A stretch of 63,483 nucleotides of DNA, counting the filler, from Saprolegnia diclina VS20 (Eukaryota), in the NCBI RefSeq assembly GCF_000281045.1. It is 6 parts of 5 records of this genome, joined end to end, with 100 filler letters (N's around TTAATTAATTAA, not from the genome) between each part and the next. Parts side by side here need not be neighbours in the genome. Positions count along the whole stretch, not along the records: positions 9,300 to 15,265 come from NW_008246230.1; positions 15,366 to 41,439 come from NW_008246230.1; 4 more parts are not named here. One strand, written 5' to 3'. Under the pieces are notes generated by a model. It saw only the letters and a list, made by a program, of their open reading frames with translations, was not told where the DNA came from and did not search any database. Position numbers and translations under genes: made by a program. Positions 12,415 through 23,348 of this stretch are shown here, piece after piece. Positions within the stretch are counted from its first letter, which is position 1; each line of letters starts with the position of its first letter.

Positions 12415-12600
12415 AAGCCAACGTATCGATGTCCCATCTCTGAACGACGAGTTGTATCACGACACCACGTCGAGTTTTACTACTGCTCCGTCTGCGCTGT
12501 GTCGGTGTGCGTCAAGTGCGAGATAGTCGGTGACCATTCGTGCGGCGAGAAGGGGCTCCAACGCCTCATCAGTATCCCGGACGCGTACGAGCAGAGCTTG
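12415..12600 (+). pseudogene. B-box zinc-finger fragment
   Basis: VEFYYCSVCAVSVCVKCEIVGDHSCGEKGLQRLISIPDAY matches the B-box type-2 pattern. No intact upstream ORF, and it ends at a gap. Confidence 0.5.
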
Positions 12601-12700
12601 NNNNNNNNNNNNNNNNNNNNNNNNNNNNNNNNNNNNNNNNNNNNNNNNNNNNNNNNNNNNNNNNNNNNNNNNNNNNNNNNNNNNNNNNNNNNNNNNNNNN

Positions 12701-12976
12701 GGGGCCAGGGCCGGGCTGAGGGCAAGGCGTCCGCTTGCCCCAGCCACCGCCGCCGTTGTTCCAGCCACCGCCGTTGTTCCAGCCACCGCCGCCGCCGCCG
12801 TTCCACTTGCCACCTCCGTTGATGGTCCAGCCACCACCGCCGTTCCACTTGCCGCCACCGTTCTTGTCGTCACAGTCAGCGGGCTTGATAAACGTCATGG
12901 CATCAGCCGGAGCTTCTTGAGCGGCAAATGCAACAGCCGCAAGGGCGAGGAAGCCTTGAATGTATACTGCGACCAT
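12701..12976 (-). CDS. Secreted Gly/Trp/Asn-rich protein, N-terminal part, entering PQPG repeats at the gap
   Basis: MVAVYIQGFLALAAVAFAA signal peptide, then (GGG)W(N)NGGG repeats, a KR dibasic site and TPCPQPGPGP before the N-run. Confidence 0.8.
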
Positions 12977-14950
12977 GGAAGCAAATGGGAGAATGACTCT
13001 TCGCATCCACGCCTTGCGAGGTGCAGCTAAGCTATTCGATCTTGGGCGCAGAACAAAGGATGCAGACAGCAGATGACGAACGCATCAATACATGCAGAAG
13101 TGCACATGTTGTACCGCACTATCAATGACCGCGTATACCAGCCAGACATGACCAGATGTTTCCAAACCCGTCACCACGCTGAATCTGGCGTTCGATCCAA
13201 CCACCGAGCTGCATTTCTCTGCCCAAAATTGTCCGGAACACGATGATCATTGACGCACAGAAGGCGGTCGCTGTCCTGCCTTTTCAACCCGAGAGAGGGA
13301 GCAATCCATCCTACATCAACCAAGTATCTCCTTGAAGCCATCTTTGGCCACAAGCGCAGCATAGACGTTATCTACGCGTTTCGAGTACGCATTGTTTTGA
13401 GTCCACATTCACACGACTGCTATGAATAATGCGCCTAGTAAGCTGGTTTCAACATACTCCATATCTTCTGTAGACGGTTACCAAAACACATGTTTCGTGT
13501 CTGCAAAGTGCCATCATGCACCATGATCATGCACGACGGTCGCCATCCTCGGTGGGAGGATCCAGGAGAGATACTACCATCCAGTGCGTACGTAGAGTTC
13601 GCAACGATATCCGTGACCTCTACACACACTGCATACTCGGAAAAGATCCTGCTCGCGTGCATGTTGAACCGGCTTGCTGAACTTGCGGACTGCATGAAAA
13701 GCCCACTCGTATAGCTCAGGTTCAGGGAACCTAGGCGGCTGTATCCTAAGCCTAGAGGTAGATCATGTCGTTGAAGATCCTTTTTGAATCTACATGCTAA
13801 AAGTTCCATAGCCGACCCCACGGCGGAATGTTCTGGATCTAGTAGTATGGGCTTTGTAAGGAAGTGGTCTGCAGCCATTCCCTGCCCGTCGTCAGTAGAC
13901 TGAGTCATAGGGGCTCACTTCAGCACTCGCTTTGTATCCAACACGCTTGACTTATTGAGGACTAGCCGCCTCCTATTGTCGTACATCTCGTTGGATCGTG
14001 TTGAAGTTCGCTTGCTTGCTCGCTCGCTATCTCGGAGTACAGCACAACAAGTTGGCATCCAGTTGGGACCTGTCGCTCCGGCTCATCTCGCTCTGGAATG
14101 ACAACTGTGACGTACGACCTCACGTACTAGTCGGTGGCGGTGGCAGATGCGGCTGGGCCATTTCTTGGGGCAATTCGGTCGTCCAAATCTCATGGCGCGC
14201 CGACACGACGTGCGGATTTGAGACCTTTCGCTGGTTCACCGAGATGCCACGCAGGATGTCCGGCTTTTGGTGGCGCCACGTCACGATGGAGGATGCGCAT
14301 TGGCGATCTTTCCGGCCATCTTCAATGACGTTTTGCCTCTCGGTNNNNNNNNNNNNNNNNNNNNNNNNNNNNNNNNNNNNNNNNNNNNNNNNNNNNNNNN
14401 NNNNNNNNNNNNNNNNNNNNNNNNNNNNNNNNNNNNNNNNNNNNGGTCTATATGCCCAAGGCGCCTCGCACAACGGGCTATTGACACGAGTCCATTGTGC
14501 CAACACGCAGCAGGTGCGACGTTAACCATTTGAACGAGCTCTCGGTGACGGTCGACTAGACCTTGCCGAAGTACCTCGCGCGCTGGAAGCGGCGGTTTCC
14601 GAGTAGTACTAGTAGAAGAGGTTTTCCGTGCAAGCCTGAGCGATCTGGAAGAAGTACAAGATCTAGATGCACACACGTTACAAGATCCAGAAGTACCTAA
14701 AGCCATTTCCGTATTGGTGGTGCGTGTCAAGTAAGCAACCCGCCTTGCCCACCAAAGGCATGACGGACACCACGACGAATTATTGCCCCCAAGATGTTGG
14801 CATGTAGTTAAAACTTGATTGAGCGCGAGAATTGTTGCCAAGGAAATATCATTTGCCGGATAGGTGGTACAGCACTGGCGAGAGACCAAAAGGAAGTATG
14901 TACAAGGAGTTTTCATTACGGACATAGAGGTGGAAATCACTATCCGAGGT

Positions 14951-15265
14951 TTACATCTGGCGCAGGTTGCGGGCGGCAGACGCACCGGGGCCATACGGAG
15001 GAGGCGTTGTCGGATCCACACACGGCGACGGGCTTGGGCCGGGCTGAGGACCAGGACCAGGCTGCGGGCCAGGTTGAGGTCCAGGTTGCGGGCCGGGCTG
15101 CGGGCCGGGCTGCGGGCCGGGTTGAGGACCAGGTTGCGGGCCGGGTTGAGGACCAGGACCAGGTTGAGGTCCAGGTTGCGGGCCGGGTTGAGGACCAGGA
15201 CCAGGTTGCGGGCCGGGTTGAGGACCAGGGCCAGGCTGAGGACCAGGCTGCGGGCCAGGCTGAGG
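14951..15265 (-). CDS. C-terminal part of a (PQPG/PG)n repeat protein
   Basis: Reverse strand reads (PQPG)n/(PQPGPG)n-PSPSPCVDPTTPPPYGPGASAARNLRQM*. It is a 12/18-bp tandem repeat with synonymous third-position variation, which indicates coding constraint. Confidence 0.8.
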   Translation of the reverse strand, partial: PQPGPQPGPQPGPGPQPGPQPGPGPQPGPQPGPQPGPGPQPGPQPGPQPGPQPGPQPGPQPGPQPGPQPGPGPQPGPSPSPCVDPTTPPPYGPGASAARNLRQM

Positions 15266-16103
15266 NNNNNNNNNNNNNNNNNNNNNNNNNNNNNNNNNNN
15301 NNNNNNNNNTTAATTAATTAANNNNNNNNNNNNNNNNNNNNNNNNNNNNNNNNNNNNNNNNNNNNGCGCCGACGGTCCATCTTTGTGTTGCGCTTGGGTT
15401 CGTTTGCGACACCAGCTTGAAGCCGCCGCGACAGCCTCTCGGCGACTGCAACACAGCTACTTTACCGATACTACCTACCGCTGCTGCATCAACCGTTGTG
15501 CGACTGTGGTGTCCTTGCGACGAATCAACTGTGGTCCCACTCTCACCTCGGAGCGCCGCTCATCTGCCCAGCGTTCCGTCCTGTGCAGAGTCAATGAAAC
15601 AGCTGCAACCGTGCACGCCAGATTGCTTTTCAGCGAGGAGCGACCGATGAATCATCATCCGAGAAAGGAGACGCTGGTAGCTTGGGCACGGGAGTGCGGC
15701 GTCGATCTCGGGGCGCCGTGCATATAACGGGCGGGCACAAAGACAGCACGACGCTCGACGATTGCTCCAGTCCCACCGTCCGTGCGCCGGCAGCCGTGCT
15801 GCTACGCAACGAGGTTGGACTGAGGCAGCCAGCCCGACAGCTCAGCCCGCCGAACATGTATTCGGTCTCAAACTATTCTTATTGTTGGCTCTTATTGCTG
15901 CGCTATGGCGGCGACGCGAGCTAGGGCATGGCGTCCACAGCGTGTGTAGTCTAGGATGATGGACTGGCCATGGTCGGACCAGATTTCACGGACCAGATCC
16001 ACGTCCGTGGCGCGACCTGGCGATAGCTCAGACATCAACGGACAAGAATAACTTAGGATTAGCTTAGGTTACAGACGAGCAACATGCATCGAGTTGGCGC
16101 TTC

Positions 16104-16403
16104 TTACGCCGCTGCCCGCCGTGTGTCCAAGTACAAATTGAGAAACATGTTGACTTCGTCGTCGCTCCACTCGTCTGAGACGCGCGGCGTCAACGGCTCA
16201 TAGCGCGTCGCCACCTCGTCGTCGTCGAGGCGCAGCTGCAGGTGGAACTGCTCGTCGAACGTGACGGGGTCGGTCGCGATGCTGTCGCTGCCGCGGCTGT
16301 GCGCCTCGACGTAGAGTTCGTGCTCGACAAGCGACGGGCGCTTCGGGCTGTACGGCGTGAAGCGCTGAAAGTGCGCGGTCGGACTGCGGGGCGTCGGGGC
16401 CAT
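16104..16403 (-). CDS. Small (99 aa) hypothetical protein
   Basis: GC3-rich ORF MAPTPRSPTAHFQRFTPYSPK...EWSDDEVNMFLNLYLDTRRAAA*, with codon usage like that of the neighbouring genes. Confidence 0.65.
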   Translation of the reverse strand: MAPTPRSPTAHFQRFTPYSPKRPSLVEHELYVEAHSRGSDSIATDPVTFDEQFHLQLRLDDDEVATRYEPLTPRVSDEWSDDEVNMFLNLYLDTRRAAA

Positions 16404-16878
16404 ACTAGTAGAAGAGGAGAGGCTTGCGCGGGACGCGGTCAATTGGGTTATGGTGAACGAATCGCGCTCGGCTCGTTACAGCTGCGGCGTGGCTACTGGG
16501 GAGTGGCACTTGCACTCGGAGGCAGGAGGAGGAGCGGGCGGTAGCTGGCCCCACGAAGGTGCAAAGATGCACATCTGCACCGGCTGGTGCGTTCTCTGTC
16601 CACGCATTGAGCGTGCCTATGACCCGCAACGGTGACCAACGGACGCGTGGCCAGCAACGTCCGGCTAGGACGTCCAAGGTGGCAGAGCGCTGCACCCAAG
16701 ACAACCTCACATACGGTATCTACTGCAGGGTTGCCACGTCGCTCCAATCTCGGACAGTAGGACGCACGTGGGCGGAGAAATCCTGGCGGAAATATTACAG
16801 TATTCGCTGCGACACACTGCACAGGCGTAATACAGTGTATGGTGTTTTCGATTTGGCCGAAACGGCGCGAGAATAACC

Positions 16879-19112
16879 ATGCACGCGCTGCGCAACTTCG
16901 TGCTCGGCGTGCTCCAGGACGCGTCGTCGCGGCAGCTCCAGCACCTCTCGGAGACGCTCCGGCTGCCGCCGATGGCCGCCAAGGCCGACGTCGTCGCCGG
17001 TATCCTGCACCTCATCGAGCTCGACCGCGACTCGGCGCTCGGTACACTGTATCCAAGTACTTCGGACCAGCTTCAACGTGGGCTTCTAGGGATCTTTGTG
17101 ACATGGCACCAGACGGCGGTCGCGGGCGACGACCAGGTGATCGCGCCAACCGCGTTTGCGAATGCGTTCGTGCCGATCCCGGGCTCCACGACGACCGACG
17201 CGATCGAACCGCCAACGACACTCTTTGGGTTTGAACTCGACGAGGAGCTCCGCGTCGTGGCGCGCGACGTGAGCGTGCTCGAAGCCGCGTACAAGGACGC
17301 CGAGGTGCATGTCCACAGCGGCCGTGCGTCGTACGAGAAGATCAAGCGCTTCCTCCAAACACTCACCCAAGTAGTGTACATACGCGGAATATGTGGCTTA
17401 TGGCGATGCGTTCTAGCTGCGCGCCAAGGACATCGAGTTCCGGCGTCTCCTCCTCCAAAAGAATGACGCACTCGGCAAAGACAATGCGCGCCTGTCCCGC
17501 ACAGAGACGCACACGCGTGCGCAGCTCGAATTTTTCCTCGGCGGTTGCACCCGCCTTCGCTCCAAACACGATGCACTCGTTGAAGACGTACGTTCAAGTA
17601 GCTAACGACACCTCTTCCGCGCCTCTACGTAGATCGCATGTAGCACGGCAAGCGACGACATGGCGGCCCATGTCCTGCTCGAGCTCTACGGCGGTGAAGT
17701 CGGCCTCACGCACGTACCAAGACCTCCCATCTGGCTGTTCTGAGTTTGCCGTTGACCGCCTCGTCTAGGTGTTGACGCGCACGCTCGAAGCCAAGTGCGC
17801 GCACTTGAGCGCCACATGCGCGAACTTGGACGCGGCGCATGCGACGATTGCGTCGCTGCACGCAAAGGTATATGAAAAGAACACGCTCGTAGCGACCATG
17901 CAGGCAAAATGGGACGCTGCGGCCAAAGACGCAACGTGCGCCAAGTTCCAGCTGCGCAAGTGCAGGAAGCGGCTACGCGACTCGAACGCTGACGCCGCGA
18001 CCGTCTCGTACCTGCGCTACCACTGCCTCCAGCTGCAGCGCATGGTCACGGATCTCCTCAGTGTGAGCCAGATCCACGCGCTCGCGCTCACCGACGCCAA
18101 AGCCAACTTTACAAAGAGCGTCGAGAAGGCCTCGATTGCATGGCGGGTGCTCTCGTACCTGCGCTTTGTCTCGAACCCGCGCCTCGATCCGTCGGTCGCG
18201 AGTGTGCCGCCGCAATTCCCAATGATCGTACCGCCGCCGAGAGCTCCTCAAGACGTTCGCGAGGCGCTTCCGGTCGTCGTTGTGCTCGGGATGTCGTCGC
18301 TCGTACATCAAGTGGTCTTGCGCTTGAGCAGTCAATTTGGCTATGCCCATTTCGATGTGGACGATTGGCACAAGGGATTGATCATGGCCGATCCCGAAAC
18401 CCCGGAAGACGCCGCCGACGATGGAGAGCGACCGTTGGACCTTCCCCGGTTGGCACGAACGATGGCCAACATGCGCTGGTGCCTCCTCCATGACCATGCG
18501 TTTACAGCCGACGACGTCCGGCGGCTCATCCAGCACGGCTGCCGTGTCGGCATGGTGCTCGACTTTAGCTCTCTCGAAACCGATCCAGCGTGGCGTCGGC
18601 TGCCGTTGTACACCCCGCTGCACCCTTCGATGGTGGGGCTGGACTCGGTGTCGTGGCCGTCGGTCGACGCTATGGTGGCCGCCGTCGCAGCCACGTGGCA
18701 GCGCCGCGTCGCATCATCGGGGGCGACGATCGAGTGGGACTCAATCACGTGCGGTATGAACGAGCGATGTGCGATGTTTGCAGAGGAACTTGGCGCCAAA
18801 ATGGCGGTCGTCTGGGCCGCTCATCAAAAGGCTGTCGCCGACAAGGCTGCGGCGACAGCGGCGGCCGCGGCAGCCAAAAAGCGGTCCAATACACCGGCCA
18901 AGGGCCGATCGCCCACACCGTCCAAGCCCGGTCGCAGTAGCCCCACGGCGGCAGCGGGTAAGAAGCCACCGGCGACGAGAAGCAAAGCAACGCCGGCAAA
19001 GCCAACAAGCCCGGCGAAACCACCTGCTTCGCGGACTACGACAGGAAAAGTCGCAACGCCCAAGAAGCCACTGTCGCCACCCAAAAGCCCCGCCGTAAAG
19101 CGCGCGCGCTGA
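16879..19112 (+). CDS. Multi-exon hypothetical protein: coiled coil, degenerate adenylate-kinase-like segment, Pro/Lys/Ala/Ser-rich tail
   Basis: ORFs 16879-17466 and 17769-19112 in the same orientation with intervening GT-AG introns. PVVVVLGMSS..LRLSSQFGYAHFDV resembles an NMP-kinase start lacking the P-loop. Confidence 0.65.
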
Positions 19113-19169
19113 AAGTAGAGTCGTTGTACTAGACGTCTTAGCATCAACTATTGCGGCGGTTGAGTGCAC

Positions 19170-20055
19170 TTAGCGCGGACGCGTCGCGTTGGCCTCGGCA
19201 ATGCACCTCAGGAGGTCATTGTGGATGTGGCCGTTGGACGCGACGATGTGGCGCGTGTGGAGGTTGAACGCGCCGCCGACCGAGTCCGTGACCGCACCAC
19301 CGGCTTCCGTGACAAGCAGCGAGCCCGCCGCCACGTCCCACGAGTTCAAGTCGAGCTCATAAAAGCCCTACGCAGTCATGCTCACTTTCCGCCCACGGAT
19401 GATGGAAATGACGGACCGTTTGGCGACCGCAGCTCGTCCACGCGAGCTCCAAGGCGGCCGCGCCCTGCAGACGCAGCCCACGACACGTGTTGGAGAAGTG
19501 ATGGATGACGTCCAGCATCGGCAAGCGCACGCTGGGCTTGGTGCCAATGCCAAAGCCGACGAGCGCCTGCTCGAATTGCGTTTCTTTTTGGCTCACATGG
19601 ATCGCAACATCGTTCAAGTACGCGCCATGGCCACGCATCGCACTAAAGAGCTCGTCGCGGTACGGATCGTAGATGACACCGACGACCACTTGGCCACGGA
19701 ACGCGACGGCGACCGAGACGACGCTAGCAGGACGCGCGTGCACAAAGTTGGTCGTGCCATCGATCGGGTCCACGACCCAAAGCCATTCGGCGCCGTCCAT
19801 GGCGGCAATCGCAGCGCGCGACGCGTCACTGCCGGCGGCCACGTCTTCCTCGCCAAGCAGGCGGTGCGTCGGGTGCTTGCGGGCCACATGGGTCGCAATG
19901 AGCTCCTGGCACTGCTTGTCGACGACCGTAACGAGGTCGTCCTTGTTGCTCTTCGAGACCGCTTCCGTGCCCAGGTGCAGGCGCATGTGCTTACCCGCGA
20001 GGCGCGCCGCCTCCTTCGCCGTCGCCAGCGCTTCCCACGCCGTCGTTGCTTCCAT
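19170..20055 (-). CDS. Inositol monophosphatase family protein (2 exons)
   Basis: DLVTVVD, LLGEE, WVVDPIDGTTNFVH and GAAALEL. The second exon has LNSWDVAAGSLLVTEAGG...TRPR*. Confidence 0.95.
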
Positions 20056-20546
20056 CGCCTTCGAGGATTACTTAGATGTGCGGATGTAACACGCGGTATC
20101 CTATCACACCTCTGAAACAACATAATCAAAAACGGAAACCTCCCATAATGCATAGATTCGGGTGTCGCGCCGGTGGAATTGCTGCACTCTGGCGCGCGTG
20201 CCTCTGGTCCAACGGCCGTCGCGCGCGGCTGGCATGACTCACCCCATGCCCGAGCGGCCCGTCGCATCTGCCTTCTTTAGCGTTGGCTTCCAACAGATAG
20301 GGACGTTGCCATCGATGGCCGCGCACGGGACAAGGAATCTGGCTTCCAAATGGGTGCGGCGCGGTTCCTGGCATGCCGACGTCAGCTACGTATGCGCGCC
20401 ATTGGCAACGTAGGTTTCTCGACGACTGCAACGAGCGAGTTCGAGCTCGCAAGGCCCAGGCTCTGACGACCACCACTCGGTAGTTCATTCCGATCGCGCA
20501 AGCAAGAGGGTCAATGCGACGAGGATGATTAAAACGTCACTGAATG

Positions 20547-21708
20547 CTATTTAGCTCGCGGGTCCTGATAGCCCAGTAGCACCTCCATGAGGCTGTTGGT
20601 GCGCGCAAACGAGCCGAGGAGGAGCTCGGACATTGTGCACTCGGTCTCGAGCCCGCTCTCGTTGGTAAGAATGTCCACGTACGGGATTCGGAGCATCAAG
20701 ACGTGCCGCAGCACGGTTTCTTCTGGCGTCAGCCCGTGGGTAAGATGAATCCTAGACACCATTCGTTCATTTAAAGCACTCCTGCAGACAGGATGTACAG
20801 GATCGTGTCGTCCGAGGTCCACGTGCACGGCGACGGCGGGTGGACAGGGTCGTAGCCCATTGAGCGAATCACAAACGTTGTTGCGTGCGGCTGGAAATAG
20901 CGCTTGAGACCATAGTTGCAGCGAAAGAGCGGAAGTCCCTCGGACGCGACTTGAAAATGGTAGTAGATCGTATTGGCGTCAACCGTCTCGAGACGCTAGG
21001 CACGTTGGTGTGATGACATTCTGTCACAATGACCGTCGATCAACGCACCTGTAGCGTGATTTCCGGTGTCACGAGGTCGGACGTGAGCATGCACCAGACG
21101 CGGTCGGCGACGGACGCCATCGGCTCGGTCCACGCAGCAACGCGGGTGCTCGTGAGAGAAAGCACATTGTGCGGCTCGTCGCCGACCATCACATTTGCGA
21201 ACGAGCCAGTGCGTAGGTCCAAAATGTTGTGCCGAATGAGCGTGGCTTCGAGGCGAGCAAAGGCGTCGTCGAGACGGCGGTGCATCGCGGCGGCCCGCTC
21301 AAAAATGCGAACAGGCAGCTGCGCGTCATCGTACCATGCTTCCGGCTCGGCCGTGGCCTACGTACTACGATACACACGATGAATTTTGGCTAGACAACAC
21401 ACCGGTCCGTGCTGGAGGAGAAGCTGTTCGAGCGACCGCGCAAGCTGGAGCTGCGTCTCGACCGTTGCTTTGAGCCGACTGTTCTCTTGCAGCGCCGAGT
21501 GGCTCTCGCTAGCTTGACGCCGCGCGACAGCTTCCCAGCCTGAATCACTCTCGACGGGCGCTGCCTTGGCGTGAAGCCGCCGCACCTCGGTCTCGAGCGC
21601 CGCGCATGTCGCCCGAAGGTACTTGAGCTCGTCGTAGTTGCGCTTCTTCTTTCGCGTGGCGGTACGCGCGCTCACGGGACTCGCGTGACTGCTCGGTGAT
21701 GCGCGCAT
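20547..21708 (-). CDS. M96-like oomycete protein (basic/leucine-zipper-like N-terminus + START-like C-terminus), multi-exon
   Basis: RKKKRNYDELKYLRATCAALETEVRRL, WEAVARRQ..ENSRLKATVETQLQLARSLEQLL. This is the typical oomycete M96/bZIP-like family pattern. Confidence 0.75.
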
Positions 21709-22339
21709 GAATGACAATATGACGTCCGTGGTGTCGTGCGCTCGAGCAGTGTCCGCCTAGCACGTGTGTCCTGGCGCCAAAAGAGTCGCGAAAAGAATGA
21801 CGGTCCTTCCCCGAACACAGCCGAAGAAGCTACACTGTAGTGGAAGAAGATGAACGTGTGGCCGGAAGTCGGTGTCCCACTGTCGCGCCACTGGTGCGGA
21901 GCATTTTTCCACCACCGGCCAACGGCGGCCGTTTCACGTTCTCGTTCTCTCGTGGCGCCACGTATAGGCCGTTTCACATATCTGAATCTCAAAAGGCAAA
22001 GTGCGTGTTTGGTTTGTGAAACTGAGAGGTCCGTCCGCCGCCCATGCAACAAATTGATGAAAAGCGGTGCCGATGACTCAGCGTGATGGCTTCTTCTTCA
22101 AGCTGCGCAACTGCGGCAGCACATGGCGGACGAAGCCCGTGAGAAAGGGCACCCAACAGTGTGGAGGCAGCCGCGGATCTTTCTCGTTGGCAAAATTTGT
22201 GAACCGGAATATTGAATATCCCGTGCGTGCACAATGGGTGTTATAGTTGTGGTATTAAGTTCTAGTTAGTACAAAACCGCTTTCCTACATCGCGCTCGCT
22301 CCGACCGCGAGCGCGGAAAGTCGAATAAATAGCAACGGC

Positions 22340-22948
22340 TTAGATCACGAGCACGTCCATCGTACCCGGGTGCGCCGCCGGCTGCTTCACGAGCGCGAAC
22401 GTCAGGTAGCACGGCTTCGTGGGCTCCTGCAGCATCGACTCGATGCGCGCCATGCTGAGGTAGACCGTGTGAATGTTGTTGATCGAGTAGAGCTCGTACG
22501 CGTCCGAGACGCCGGCTTGCTCGAGGGAACCACCGGGGTGAATGCTGCGGACCATGACGGGCTTGGGGCACTGCGCAAACTCGAGCACTTGCGTCGCGCC
22601 GCTCTGATGGCTGTTGTGCATGAGCATCGTGAGCTCGTTGTGGTTGTCGGGTGTCACAGTCGCGCCATTGACACGCAGGAGAACGCAGCCCGACCGCACC
22701 GGCAGGCTCTTGTCCACCACACGCTTGACGATCACTTGCTTGGAGAAGTACTCGAGGCCGAGAATGAGGCCCATGGGTCCTTTGTGCCACTCGTGCCGGA
22801 CGACCGGCGTCGCTGCTTCGTCGCGGTGCAGCTCCAGGCCGAGGTTTTCGCCGCACCAAATGTACTGGATGATGTGCTCCGGTCCATCGTACTCGCCCGC
22901 GTACGTGCGGCTCGAGATCGCAGGCGACGCTAGCACCATCGTCGACAT
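22340..22948 (-). CDS. PDZ-like domain protein
   Basis: Two W-x-x-x-x-[LM]G[L] starts (WCGENLGLEL, WHKGPMGLIL) and two PDZ cores (VRSGCVLLRVNG; SIHPGGSLEQAGVSDAYELYSINN). Confidence 0.8.
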   Translation of the reverse strand: MSTMVLASPAISSRTYAGEYDGPEHIIQYIWCGENLGLELHRDEAATPVVRHEWHKGPMGLILGLEYFSKQVIVKRVVDKSLPVRSGCVLLRVNGATVTPDNHNELTMLMHNSHQSGATQVLEFAQCPKPVMVRSIHPGGSLEQAGVSDAYELYSINNIHTVYLSMARIESMLQEPTKPCYLTFALVKQPAAHPGTMDVLVI

Positions 22949-23348
22949 GCTGCTGCTGCTGCTGCTCTTGGGTCGTTGGCGGATTCGCAAATGGTCGGCG
23001 TCGTGGCCATCACCAGAGTGGCACTTGCACGCGCACCCGCCTGTCTCGCCACGGTTTGCGGCATTGTTTCCGGATACGTCCTTGGAATCGGCGTGTATTC
23101 CGGATACCGTCGTTCAAATCGGCATGTGCCGCAGCGCACTTGGGTGTCTGCGACAAGCGCGAAATGAAAGTTGAAGGCAGCGCGTCAATGGCCGTCGAAC
23201 GAGTGGAGGCGGGCGCTGCCAATGAACTTTGTCCCATGAATCCTCATACACCGAGTACACTGTACGTACGGCGACTGCGTTCTGCCAGTTGCGCCGCGGT
23301 GCCATCTGCGAGCATCGGAAGACGAAGAAGAGAAGATGCGGAGCTCTT

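Noticed and set aside
14864..15321. Plus-strand repeat ORFs (LRAG/RTR or VEDQ repeats)
   Set aside because: Third-position variation and a proper stop support the minus-strand PQPG frame.
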